Source: Candidatus Saccharimonadota bacterium
Lineage (GTDB): Bacteria > Patescibacteriota > Gracilibacteria > BD1-5 > UBA2023
Length of the DNA stretch: 32,000 nt
Assembly (NCBI GenBank): GCA_046350815.1
Contig: JAXLZO010000001.1
Span: 60,001-92,000 of the forward strand
Direction: 5' to 3'
Shown here in pieces: positions 17,791 to 28,450 of this stretch. Both the position numbers and the translations under genes were made by a program. How positions within the stretch are numbered: the stretch's first letter is position 1; every line of letters begins with the position of its first letter. The notes beneath the pieces were generated by a model that saw only the letters and a program-made list of their open reading frames with translations, ran no database searches and was not told the origin of the DNA.

Positions 17791-19783
17791 TATCTTCATG
17801 ATATATTCCTGCATCACGGAGATTTTGAAGATAGAGCTGACATGCTTGCTTTGAGCTTCGCAATGATTTTTGTTTTGATTGAGCGTATTTCTCAACAAGA
17901 GTATAGAGCGATTTGAATGTCTGATAAAAATCCGCCCTGTAGAATAATCCTGGAATATGCGAAAGAGGCGAATCTTCATGCTCAAGTATTTCAAACAGAT
18001 TCTGATTGATTTTATCGGATCGATTGTGTGGATTCATTTGATGATCCTGTTTTCTTAGCAGATAAATCTCTCGCCAAGAAAATTCTGTAGTTTCAGACAA
18101 TATTTTTCCCTCTTCAATTTTTTGAATGAAAAAATAGAGAAAATTGCGCATAGCATCACTCGTTCGACCATCACCTTTGCTGTCATTTTTGTCAAAAGTA
18201 GAACTTATAAACAGCTTTTGGACCATTTTGATGTGTGCAATATATTCTTTCTGTAGATCGGTTAATACCATCGATTCCTCAATATCCAAAGAATCATTAA
18301 AAAGAGAATTCTGGGCAGGATGATGTGGATCACGATTTTTATGGGCCCATTTTCTTTGTTCATCCATGACGTGAAGCTCCTCCTTTAACCTATGAATCAT
18401 CTCCGTTATCTGATGTGCCTCATCTATAATCTGATTAATCACTTGAACCTGTGCTATAGTTTGTTGTTGTTTGTTCTTAAGAATATCAAGATCATGTTCT
18501 ATACCGTCTTCTATAGCTTGAAGATCTGCGAGTGCATGGATTTTCTTTGTTTTTTCCACGCTATGACATCGAACGCGGCGTTTATCCATATTTTTTACGA
18601 TCTTTGCAATTTCGATATCAGTTGAGGTCTTTGTAGATGTTACCAATACATCTACTTCATTCGATACTGGTCACACCATCATCGCATGAGAATGTAGTGG
18701 TAATTTCTGATTAGTATCTCAAATTTGCTCTCTAACAAATGCTTCAGCTTTATTTTGAATATCTTCCCATTCAATCATGGTTTGGAAAAAATCGAGAAAA
18801 AAATGATGATCATGAAGATTATCTGGAATATCCGGAAGATGCTTAATAGAATCTTTGAATGTCTTAATCGAATCACGAAAATATTGCTTTTTAACCGGGT
18901 CAACAATTCTATGATGAAGTACTTTGTATGTATCGATTTTTTTACTAATAGCCACTTCCCTTGCGTGAGCACATACAATCATTTCTTTTATAACCAAAAG
19001 TAATACGGCATCATATGCCCTGGTAAGTAACATGTCACTTACAAAATCGTCACGTTGCTTATCTGAAAGATCATCCCAAAATGGAAGTGGTTGATACGGT
19101 TCTGGTAATTCAGCTGGTTCTGATGTTTCTGATATATCAGACAATTCTCATAATCATTTTTCTCTCTGGCTCCAATGACGCAATTGCTCAAGAGAGTACT
19201 TCATTTGAACGAAATATTTAAACCATTTTTCAAATGTCTCATCAGAAAAATCATTTTTTGGTAATTGATTTTTTTGCCAAATAACACTTTGAAGAGGATC
19301 TCGATGAAAATGAGCCGCAAAACTCAACATCTCTGAGTGGTAAAAAATCTTGGAAAAAACAGATTCATGCGTATCAAAAATAATAAAAAGATAATGATAC
19401 ATGATGAAGCGTAATTCAGCCGATTCTATGTCTCATTCACTATTATCAAGTAAGCCTATCGAGTGAATCGCTCGAAGCGTAAATTCATACCACATACGTA
19501 TCCTTGGACGAAGTCATTCAAGAAACTTATCAAAAGAATGTTGTGAAATCCTCGTAATAGCATCAAGAGACTCCTGTGAAAGTAATCTAGGAGGTAATTT
19601 CTCTTCCTGTCCCTTTGTAGTATCTTGAAGATCATTTTGCTCAAGGATACCATGAGTCTGTTGAGATGTTCCAGATTGGATTTTTTGCCACTGATCAACA
19701 AATTCCCAAAGAGGTATATGGTCATCCGGTATACCTTCTCTTCATGAGAAATCATCAGGCTTTATGAAATTTTGCTGAGACAT
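17780..19783 (-). CDS. Large hypothetical protein (667 aa), no recognised domain
   Basis: Standard-code ORFs 17780-18646, 18719-19144 and 19154-19402, plus upstream sequence to ATG 19783, are all in one frame. They are joined only by 7 TGA codons, with no TAA/TAG over 2004 nt. Starts 13 nt after the pilB stop. Confidence 0.7.
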
Positions 19784-19796
19784 AAAAATATTTCAA

Positions 19797-21167
19797 TTAT
19801 TCAACAACTCGAAAAAGTTCCGTAAGATCAATTTTTCCTCGCAATGCTTTGAGGATTCCATCTTCTCTCATGAGAATAAGATCTTGTTTGCGTGCCATGA
19901 CAAGAATGTCTTGCGGTGCTGCACCAGAGCGAATCGCCTTGCGAATTTCATCATTAAATGCAAGTACCTCATAAATACCGATACGACCTTTATATCCAGT
20001 ATTTCCACATTCTTCACAACCATTTGATCGATAGAGTTTGTATCCCTCTTTTCGTGCACGGATCATAGATGCCATACCAATTTCCCGCATAACCCATTCA
20101 ATCAACTCTTTCTCTGCCATATCCGGATCATATGCTATCTTGCAATGAGGACAAAGTTTTCGAACGAGTCTTTGAGCAATGATAATATCTACCGCGGATG
20201 CAAGCAAATAGGGTGCAAGACCGATATTGAGAAGTCGTTCAAGAGTCTCGACTGCGCTCTTGGTATGGAGTGTTGAGAGTACAAGATGTCCAGTAAGAGC
20301 TGCCTGTACAGCTGTATTTGCTGTCTCATGATCACGAATCTCACCAACCATGATAATATCAGGATCTTGTCTGAGTAAAGCCTTGAGGCCCGTCTCATAG
20401 GTATAGTTATTTTTTGGATTTACCTCAGATTGTACGATTCACTCAAGTTCATACTCAATCGGATCTTCAAGGGTGATAATTTTTTTATCGGGAGTATTAA
20501 GAGTTGAGAGGAGTGAATAAAGCGTCGTTGTCTTACCTGATCCGGTAGGACCTGTCACGATAATCATTCCCGCGGATTTCTCAAATGTCTTCTCGATTTG
20601 CCTCTTTGCTGTCCAAATAACTCCAAGATCAACAATGCTTGGAATATTTTTCACACTATCAAGAATGCGACATACGGCATTTTCTCACCATTTTACCGGA
20701 AGTGTTGACACGCGAACATCAAGATGACCATTGGTGTCATCGATTCGATATTTTCCATCTTGTGGTACATCTGTAATATTGAGCTTGAGATTTGCACGAT
20801 ATTTCATGCGCTCTATAACGAGTTTGTATTCAGTAAAGGTCAAATGAAAAACCGTCACAAGCTCACCATCGATACGAAGTCGAAATGGAACACTCGTCTC
20901 ATAACACTCAAAATGCATATCAGAAGAACGTAGACTGAGTGCTCAACGAGTGATAAGTTTAAGTGCTTTGTCGGAATCTTGCTCTTTGAGACATTGATGA
21001 ATAAGTGCTGCAAGCTCATCAAAACGCGCTGATTGAAAACTGTTTCATGGTTTCTTAATAGCGTTTTTGAGCTCCTCAACCTGAGTGGGAGAGAGATCAA
21101 CCGGAGCGGCTGGAGTGACAGAAGAAGATTCTGTAGATCCAGGAGATACTTGAGGAATGTCAGTCAT
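19797..21167 (-). CDS. pilB: Type II/IV secretion ATPase (PilB/GspE family), 456 aa
   Basis: Walker [34 protein letters not shown]. Tetracysteine CPHC...CEEC. Three ORF pieces share one frame through TGA. Confidence 0.85.
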
Positions 21168-21243
21168 ATCAAAATCCTACCATATTTTTTCATCAAAAAC
21201 AAAAAAATGCCAAAAGTGGCACAAATATTTCCTTGACAAGATA

Positions 21244-21948
21244 TTAATATCAATCCATGAACATAAAAGCAACAACTGGAGTGACCGTTTCGAGACGCAA
21301 AACTCGACTTCCAAGATTGACGCTCAAAGCATCTGGATTTTGATAAAACATCGTCGCTTCTTCTTGACTCCAACCACCTTCAGGACCAATAAAAAGCGTC
21401 ATGCCTTGTTCATCTTCCACATGTTCCACCGCTTCATTTATAGGAATAGTTTGTTCGCTTGTGTGGAGAAAAATACATTTTCCTTTGCTACATTGAGGAA
21501 AATCAGACAACATGGAAAGAGAGACAAGATCGGAACGGCCACATTGCTCAACTGCCTCCATGGCAATCTTCTGAAGTCTTGCAACCTTCTTCTCATCAAG
21601 GTGACGAATTTGAGAATATTTTGATGGAAAAAAAATAAATTCACTCACACCACACTCCACTCATTTTTCTACTATATATTCTAATTTTTCAAATTTATTT
21701 GGAAGAGCTTGAGCTATGCATAGATATTTCTGTGGATTTGCAAGAGTCTTGGTGGTATCAAGAATCGTGTATGTGCATCATTTTCTATCTATAGTATCAA
21801 CAGTGATAATTGACTCGAATCCATTTCACGAGAAAAACAAATATTCTCAACCAACGCGGGCTCGAAGAACACGGGTAATCTGATGATAGAGTGGATGATC
21901 CGATGGAATAAATCAGGACTGAAAATCAGGATAGTACATTCGTTGCAT
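21244..21948 (-). CDS. rsmE: 16S rRNA (uracil1498-N3)-methyltransferase
   Basis: LFIGPEGGWSQEE and LGSRVLRLETV motifs. N-terminal PUA-like part recovered through five TGA. Its ATG lies 1 nt after the murE stop. Confidence 0.75.
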
Positions 21949-21949
21949 A

Positions 21950-23260
21950 TTACTTCTTGATATCAGATTTGTCCATTTCTGCAAGAATTTCTTCAACTAC
22001 CTTTCTATCATTCCACTCAATAGAGCCTTGATTAGTTACCATTACATTCTCAGCTCACTTGCCAGCCAAGAGAATAATATCCCCAGGCTGCGCTCGAGTA
22101 AGTGCTGTTCGGATAGCATCATAACGATGAAATATAACCCAAAAATCTTCTCATTCCTTGCGTGGTATACCTGCTGCCACTTCTGAAATAATCTGGAGTG
22201 GATCTTCAGTATAGTTATCATCCTCGGTGAGGATGATACAATCAGCATATCTATCAACTACTTTTCCCATTTTTGGTCGTTTATCACGATCACGATCACC
22301 CGTGGCACCAAACAAAACGATAAGCTGCGTATCTGGCTTTTTATAGATATGCAGAGTATGAAGCACACTCTCAAGAGAGGCTTCCGTATGAGCATAATCA
22401 ATGTATATTTCGAGTCCACGGTCATTCTCTACCTCTTCCATACGACCATCGAGTGGTTCAAAATTTTCCAGTGTTTTCTTGATACTCTCGGTTGATATGC
22501 TCTGTGAAACAAGTACCGTCACGGCACAGAGCATATTCTCAATATTATATTCTCAGCGAAGTTTGGATGATATGGGTAATGACACAGAGGGCATGCGAAT
22601 TGTAAAATCTACCCCCCTTTCTCGATATGTTATATTTTTTGCTCGTATCTGAGCATTGTCAGCTCGTATTCCATAGGTCATCACTGCATCAGAAACTTCC
22701 CCAGTAAATCTATCTGCTTCTTGCATATCGAGATTCACAACTGAGACTTTTCGCACTCCACTCTTGCGACGAGCGTAGACCAGTGACTTAAAAAGGCGAA
22801 GCTTGGTACGAATATAGTGTTCCATAGTGCCATGCAGATCAAGATGATCTTGGCTAATATTCGTCACCGCAGCCACATCAAAATCAATACCCCAAATTCT
22901 CTGATAGTAAATAGCATGGGAAGATACTTCCAGGACAAGATACTTTACTCCGAGATCTTGAGCCTGCTTGAGAAAACGAACAAGAGTAAATGGATCTGCT
23001 GAGGTCATCTTCGTATTATTTGTCTCCCATACACCACCAAGATAGGTTCGTAGCGTTGAGAACATCGCAACACTCTCACCAGCATCGATGAGTCATTGAG
23101 TGATAAGATTAGTGGTGGTGGTCTTTCATTTTGTCCCCGTAACCCCGATAACAATCATATCTCGAGAAGGGAATCCAGCAGCATATTGAGCAACAACAGC
23201 ACGAGTAAAGTGATAGAACTTTCGAATAGGATTGCGTAATCCAATAAATTTGAATGACAT
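21950..23260 (-). CDS. murE: UDP-N-acetylmuramoyl-L-alanyl-D-glutamate ligase (MurE family), 436 aa
   Basis: GVTGTK-G-KTTTT P-loop (Gly is TGA). DYAHTEASL. GATGDRDRDKRPKMG. LTEDDNYTEDP sits at the position of the DNPR motif. Confidence 0.8.
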
Positions 23261-23383
23261 GATGATAATTTTCTGCCATTGTAGTATCTCATGTTAATAT
23301 TGCAAGCAAGAACCGAGCTTCATTCTCATTTGCAAGAAATATGCTTGAGTATATCATACGAGTATTATTTTCAGCACTGTTCT

Positions 23384-23932
23384 ATGTACCTCTCTGATCG
23401 TGATATTCTCCTGTCCTACGAACGAGGTGAGATTACTGTTTCTGATTTCGATATCAGCCGCCTCCAACCAGCCAGCTACGACATCAGACTTGATAACTAC
23501 TTTCTCATACCGGACAAACATCGAACACCCGTCGTTGACCCGGTTATGAAGGTATTTCCCACCTATCAAGAAGTCACTCTCAATGATGATGAAGTCTTCA
23601 TACTACATCCAAACGACGTCATTCTTGCACGTTCGTACGAAACCTTTGGCTCATCGAATCTTCTTATACAACTCTCTGGCAAGTCTTCACTCGCGCGCAT
23701 AGGCCTTATCATCCATAATACAGCAGGAATTGTTAATCCCGGACATACACTTCAGATGGTATTTGAACTCTGTAATCTCTCTCAGATCCCTATTGTTCTC
23801 AGACCAAAAATGTCCATAGCACAACTCCTTTTCTCCCCTCTTACTTCAGAACCGATATCTCCTTACGGATCAAAAGGACAAGCCTACCATACTAACAATT
23901 GGCAGGTATCGTATAGAAATGAAGAAGTATAA
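23384..23932 (+). CDS. dcd: dCTP deaminase
   Basis: MYLSDRDIL..., ASYDIRLDN, SGKSSLARIGLIIHNTAGIVNPG and RPKMSIAQL align with the Dcd family. The start is taken at the internal ATG of ORF 23291-23932. Confidence 0.85.
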   Translation: MYLSDRDILLSYERGEITVSDFDISRLQPASYDIRLDNYFLIPDKHRTPVVDPVMKVFPTYQEVTLNDDEVFILHPNDVILARSYETFGSSNLLIQLSGKSSLARIGLIIHNTAGIVNPGHTLQMVFELCNLSQIPIVLRPKMSIAQLLFSPLTSEPISPYGSKGQAYHTNNWQVSYRNEEV

Positions 23933-23935
23933 TAT

Positions 23936-24625
23936 ATGAAAAGTAAACAAAATATTTACGAAAAAATGAACAATTATAGATGGAGGAAAATAGGGTATTT
24001 TCGGTATTTTGTGAAATCTTACCTTATTAAACCTTATATCTTTTTTTCAATATATATCTTAGCAACGTATCTATCATATATTTTTGCAAACTATGATAAT
24101 AACCCATTTCAATATATACATATAGTTATATCTGTGTTGATTTTTCCGATACTCGTATATGGCTTTATGAAAATTGTTTACTTTAAATTTAACATTATTT
24201 CAAAAGAGTATCTAGAGAAAATCATACCGATAAATGATTTTCTTCTAAAAGAAACTCAAAGAGTTTTTTCTCTAAAAAAATATAGTACCGATGAAATCAT
24301 TGAAAAAAGCACTCAAATACAAAAGCATATTTTAAGTTTATCGCGAATACGTAAATATTCCTTTTGGTTTGATACAAATCAAAAGGATCTCGTCGGAAAT
24401 TACATAAAAGAAACTTCAATCTCAATGCTCAATATTTTAAGAGCTCTTCAGAAAAAACTTTGAGAACAAGTTGAAAAAGAGAAGAATATTCTCCAAAGAC
24501 AGCAACTTGAAGTAAAAGAAAATATCACTGGAAATAATTATTTGAATCAAGTATCAGAACTACAATCAAATCGATTAAAAAGACAAATCGAGCAATTTGA
24601 GAAGCTCCAGAGAATTCTTCATTAA
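23936..24625 (+). CDS. Hypothetical membrane protein (229 aa), very AT-rich
   Basis: Two hydrophobic helices (IFFSIYILATYLSYIF and IHIVISVLIFPILVYGF) followed by a helical tail. One TGA. Stop TAA 24623-24625. Confidence 0.55.
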
Positions 24626-24637
24626 TTTCGTTAAATT

Positions 24638-25216
24638 ATGAATCAAGAAATCATCTTCGTAACCGGAAATCAAAACAAATTTCGGGAAGCACAGCACTAT
24701 CTGTGTAACTATAAACTCAGTATGATAAATATTGATCTTCCTGAAATACAAAGCGTTTACGGAAGAGAGGTAATTCATGCAAAGCTTCAAAGTGCTATGA
24801 AACAGATCAGACAACCATGTTTTGTTATGGATAGCTCTCTCATGATCAGCGGACTCTGCAAGCACTGAGAAGAAAAATACTTCCCGGGGGCTCTGATTAA
24901 AGACGTATTTGAAAATATGTGAGACAAAAACATTTGTGAATTTGTAGCATCAAACGGTGATACAAATTGCTTATGGAGTGCTATCATTGGATACCACGAT
25001 GGAGAGCAAGAGTACTTTTTCGAATCATCTCTTGCAGGGAATATAGCAAACAGTCCGCGATGAGAGTATTGATACAACTGGGATACTATTTTCATACCAA
25101 AATGACAGCCAAATGAAGCATCTCTCACTTTTGCAGAAATGAGTTTCGAAGAAAAACAAAGCTACACACTCACTCCCGATCTCTATAAGCAATTTCGAGA
25201 GTTTTTAGAAAAATAA
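24638..25216 (+). CDS. rdgB: Non-canonical purine NTP pyrophosphatase (Ham1/RdgB family)
   Basis: IIFVTGNQNKFREA and PRGEYGYNWDTIFIPKG...TFAEMSFEEKQ. Six in-frame TGA. Confidence 0.7.
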
Positions 25217-25395
25217 GCTTCATAAAAAGAAACACGCGAAAGAAGCTCAAGATGAAAATACAAGCCCAGCGAGTGGAACAGTTGTTGCGCGTCGGGTATT
25301 GTGTATTGTTTCCACATGACAAGGGGGATCAAGGGGGTTTGTATTCTGCATTCATCATTCCTGTGTAAACTGGAGTCCCGCGATGGATGATAGAA

Positions 25396-25420
25396 GATCC
25401 CGAATCAAGTTCAGGATGAC
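25396..25420 (-). repeat. Hairpin repeat copy a (minus-strand reading GTCATCCTGAACTTGATTCGGGATC)
   Basis: Member of a 24-25-nt family GTCAT(C/T)CC..GG(G/A)ATC. Its first 19 nt are identical to copy d. Confidence 0.6.
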
Positions 25421-25445
25421 ATATATTTTAAGATTCATCTTAGGA

Positions 25446-25478
25446 AATAAAAACCCTCATGAAATTCATGAGGGTTTT
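25446..25478 (-). terminator. Terminator (AAACCCTCATGAA / TTCATGAGGGTTT palindrome)
   Basis: 13-bp arms with a T run on the minus strand, 17 nt downstream of the stop at 25495. Confidence 0.75.
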
Positions 25479-25494
25479 ATGTTATCAAATCAAG

Positions 25495-25929
25495 TTATTT
25501 TGCTTCACAATTCACCATCCACTGGATACCGTACTTATCAGTTACCGATCCGTAGTAAGCTCACCAGAACATATCAGCAAGTGGCATAGTAATAACTCCT
25601 CCTTCAGAAAGCGCCTTAAAGAGGCGATCTGTCTCACTACGCGTATCAGGATGGAGAGAGATATGGACATTATTTCCCATAGCAACGCTAAATCCCATCG
25701 ATGCAGGGGCATCCGTACCCATGAGCATATGACCACCAAGAATGGGAAGGGCTATATGCATGATCAATTTTTTATCCACATCACTCAATGTTGGCATACC
25801 TTCCGCAGCAGGAATATCACCAAATCGATGGATTCATCCAACAAATTCTCCCCCAAAGATAGATTGATAAAACCGAAAAACTTCTTCTGTGTTATTTGGG
25901 AAGTTAAGATACGTTCATGTGTAGGACAT
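25495..25929 (-). CDS. VOC (glyoxalase/PhnB-like) family protein, 144 aa
   Basis: MSYTGTYLNFPNNTEEVFRFYQSIFGGEF...MHIALPILGGHMLMGTD...MPLADMFWGAYYGSVTDKYGIQWMVN. Three TGA. Confidence 0.7.
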
Positions 25930-26033
25930 AGAGAAAATATTAAGAGAAGTTCGCAGGAAAATTCTACTCTTTTTTTGATAAATGGAAATAAAACCACTAT
26001 TCCCTATACTCAATTCAAATAGTCCAATAAATT

Positions 26034-26405
26034 ATGAATATAATAATACAAAGAGTGACTGAGAAAAGTCCTCAACTTGCTCAGTTTCAAACAGAACAAT
26101 TCGCTATTGCTGACAAGGAACATTGGGGAAATGAAATTCCAGACGTTACAAAATACTACAGCACTTTTGTAGTCTACGATGAATGTGGCAATATTATAGG
26201 TGATGCCGAATGTATACAAGACAGTGGTTGCTTCTGTATCGACAGTATTCAAGTCAGTCATGATCATCAATGAAAATGAGTCGGAACAGCACTTCTGAGT
26301 GAGATTGAAAAATTTGCCCAAGAAAATCATTGTCACAAAATCTGGCTTGAAACAGTCGAGTGATGGTGAGCAGTTGAGTTCTATCGTTATAACTGATTTG
26401 AATAG
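26034..26405 (+). CDS. GNAT family N-acetyltransferase (123 aa)
   Basis: HQ-G-K-G-VGTALL (Q/RxxGxG/A, both Gly are TGA). Ends AVEFYRYNGFE. Confidence 0.7.
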
Positions 26406-26486
26406 GTTGCAATTCTTAAACAGCACTACTCAGAGAAAGATTGTTATATCTTCTCAAAGTTTCTCGAAAAGAGATAAACAAAATAT

Positions 26487-26510
26487 AAAAGAGTCCTCAA
26501 GGACTCTTTT
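26487..26510. terminator. Bidirectional terminator (AAAAGAGTCC-tcaa-GGACTCTTTT)
   Basis: 10-bp stem between the convergent genes at 26405 and 26524. Confidence 0.75.
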
Positions 26511-26523
26511 ATATTATAGTAAA

Positions 26524-26700
26524 TTATTCACCAATATAGCTCGCTTCTACCGAATCAGTTGTGAGAACACTTGGAAGACCGAGTGCTTGAGCTTGACTCA
26601 TCACAACGACAGAGAAGAGGAGCATAAAGAGAAGGGTTTGACGATGGCACTTGCGAGAGTCCGCAATCTTCATCTTGAGAAATGAACGAATAGAATTCAT
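26524..26700 (-). CDS. Candidate small secreted peptide (58 aa)
   Basis: Not in the ORF track because it is under 60 aa. MNSIRSFLKMKIADSRKCHRQTLLFMLLFSVVVMSQAQA|LGLPSVLTTDSVEASYIGE. Has a signal-peptide-like h-region and an AxA site. The terminator lies directly downstream. Confidence 0.4.
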   Translation of the reverse strand: MNSIRSFLKMKIADSRKCHRQTLLFMLLFSVVVMSQAQALGLPSVLTTDSVEASYIGE

Positions 26701-26848
26701 ATGTATGTAATAAAAAGTACATATTTAGTCTAGTATACTTTTGCGCTCCGTGCAAGAAAAGAACTTGCCATTTATACTATTTATGTTAATTTTATCTAAA
26801 AAACTACTTGCGAGAGTTTGTGTGACTGGGGTAGTTATTCTTGTATAT

Positions 26849-26872
26849 GTCATCCTCACATAGGCGGGGATC
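26849..26872 (+). repeat. Hairpin repeat copy b (GTCATCCTCACATAGGCGGGGATC)
   Basis: Same conserved ends as copies a, c and d. Confidence 0.55.
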
Positions 26873-26890
26873 TACCACTATCAGTCACAA

Positions 26891-26914
26891 GATTCCCGTC
26901 TACACGGGAATGAC
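26891..26914 (-). repeat. Hairpin repeat copy c (minus-strand reading GTCATTCCCGTGTAGACGGGAATC)
   Basis: Perfect 8-bp stem ATTCCCGT/ACGGGAAT. Lies 18 nt from copy b in inverted orientation. Confidence 0.6.
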
Positions 26915-26981
26915 AAAATTTCATAGTATTATTATCTATCATTGATCTTTACAGCAATGATATAAATGGTATAAAAAAGCT

Positions 26982-27683
26982 CTATCACTTTATCTCTCGT
27001 ATCACCCGATTGATATCATCATAGCGAAATCATTTTCTCTGGAGTTTTGCAAGCTCCTTTTCAGATGAGGGAACACCGTTTCGCTCAAACATTATTCTCA
27101 AAGTTTCTCTATCATCAACACTACTTATAAGATGATCGATCACCGTTTGGACTTCACGATATTTTGTTATGAGATTCATACGAATCAACGAAACACTCTC
27201 TCATTTGATGATCGATCGCTCAATCATGGACTGAATTCTCATATCTCTTTGCAGGTTTTCAGTCGAACTCGCAGCGAGAATTTCCGAAGATATAGTTCGT
27301 ATCATACCCCGTTGAAATCATCGTCTCATAAGCCGAGCCTCTATTTGTTTTATCCCAAGACCAAATCCCAGACCCGCATCTATGTTCGTGCGAATGATAT
27401 ACGGTTCATCAATATATTCTCGCACGAGATCAAGCACCTCACTCACCATGGAAGAATCATCACATCGCTCTCTGAGCTTACATTCAAGACGCGATAGACT
27501 TGGCATATATTTTCCGATATACCAGATTGCATAATTATGGAGTTTTTGTTTGGATTGCATATACTGAGAAAAAACATGGAGAATTCTATTATGCTGCTCA
27601 TTGCAAGCCTTGTTGCTCTCATAATAATATGAGGATGTATCATCAGTATATATATTCCTTATAAAAGGAAGAAACTCTTTCAA
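26982..27683 (-). CDS. recX: RecX-family regulatory protein (start uncertain)
   Basis: AIWYIGKYMPSLSRLECKLRERC, IEARLMRR-G-F and a C-terminal KLQRK-G-FRYDDINRVI fit the repeated RecX helical motif. TTG start at 27683, or an internal ATG. Confidence 0.55.
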
Positions 27684-27701
27684 AAAATTGCCAAATCAAC
27701 C

Positions 27702-27992
27702 ATGAGAGAACTTACCCTTCTAGAATCAAAAGAAAGCTCTCATTTTGAATATTTTCTCGCATTAGATGTACTCGTAGACAAAATGGTTCGACAGAGCGGA
27801 TACAGCGAGAGTTTCGGTACGAATCTCAAGAAAAATCCACCAATACTTGCAGGATATATCAACGAAGTATGGAGATTTCATAAAATCCGCAATAGTCTTG
27901 CACATTGATGAGAACTTCAAGTTTCTCTCAGAGAGCAATGTACTAATTATGCACGTCTCATTAAAAATATATGCAACGAATATACCTCATAA
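27702..27992 (+). CDS. Small hypothetical protein (96 aa) with an Rx4H (HEPN/DUF4145-like) motif
   Basis: WRFHKIRNSLAHGGE. Two adjacent TGA. The 3' end overlaps lspA by 22 nt. Confidence 0.45.
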
Positions 27993-28450
27993 TCCTCAGT
28001 ATTATTCTGAGTTCGGGAATTGTGCTTATCGATCTTTGGAGTAAGTCATGGGCAACCTACTATCTTATGAATAGGGAAATGCCATTGATTGGATCATTTA
28101 TCAGCCTCAATCTCCATCATAATAGTGGTATTGCGTTTTCTCTCCCCATTGTTGGATCTCCACTCTTGGGTATCACCACCATCTTACTCATAGGTGTATT
28201 AGCAAGATGGATATATGTAATTTATAAAAGTACTCACTCGACGAAAGAACAAATCATCGAAATAATAGCACTTGCGATGATACTCGGTGGTGGTATCGGA
28301 AATGGATACGAACGATTCATGCAAGGATATGTTATCGATTTCATAGATATTTCTTATTTTGCTATATGTAATATTGCGGATATATTTATATCTTTTGGAG
28401 CAATCCTCTACGTTATTCTCTCATTTTTTACCCATGAACGAGATCAATAG
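27971..28450 (+). CDS. lspA: Lipoprotein signal peptidase (signal peptidase II)
   Basis: NSGIAFS, GGGIGNGYERF..GYVIDFI and ICNIADIFISFG motifs. Confidence 0.85.
   Translation: MQRIYLIILSIILSSGIVLIDLWSKSWATYYLMNREMPLIGSFISLNLHHNSGIAFSLPIVGSPLLGITTILLIGVLARWIYVIYKSTHSTKEQIIEIIALAMILGGGIGNGYERFMQGYVIDFIDISYFAICNIADIFISFGAILYVILSFFTHERDQ

Noticed and set aside
17780-19402. Standard-code ORFs 17780-18646, 18719-19144 and 19154-19402 treated as three separate small genes, which would look like a compact multi-gene system downstream of pilB
   Set aside because: All three share one reading frame and are separated only by TGA. The same frame continues to an ATG at 19783 without any TAA/TAG. Under the code demonstrated for the rest of the window they form one 667-aa ORF.
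19456-19755. ORF-track entry 19456-19755 (-), 99 aa
   Set aside because: It is an alternative frame overlapping the N-terminal part of the 667-aa ORF. Its sequence is low-complexity and implausible.
16280-19783. Prophage or integrative element at the pilB-def locus
   Set aside because: There is no integrase, recombinase, capsid or terminase-like sequence, no flanking direct repeats, and no adjacent tRNA. Only a single gene is compositionally deviant.
25383-26022. Plus-strand ORFs 25383-25589 and 25459-26022
   Set aside because: They are antisense to a well-supported VOC-family gene and run through a terminator and a hairpin repeat. Their sequences are implausible.
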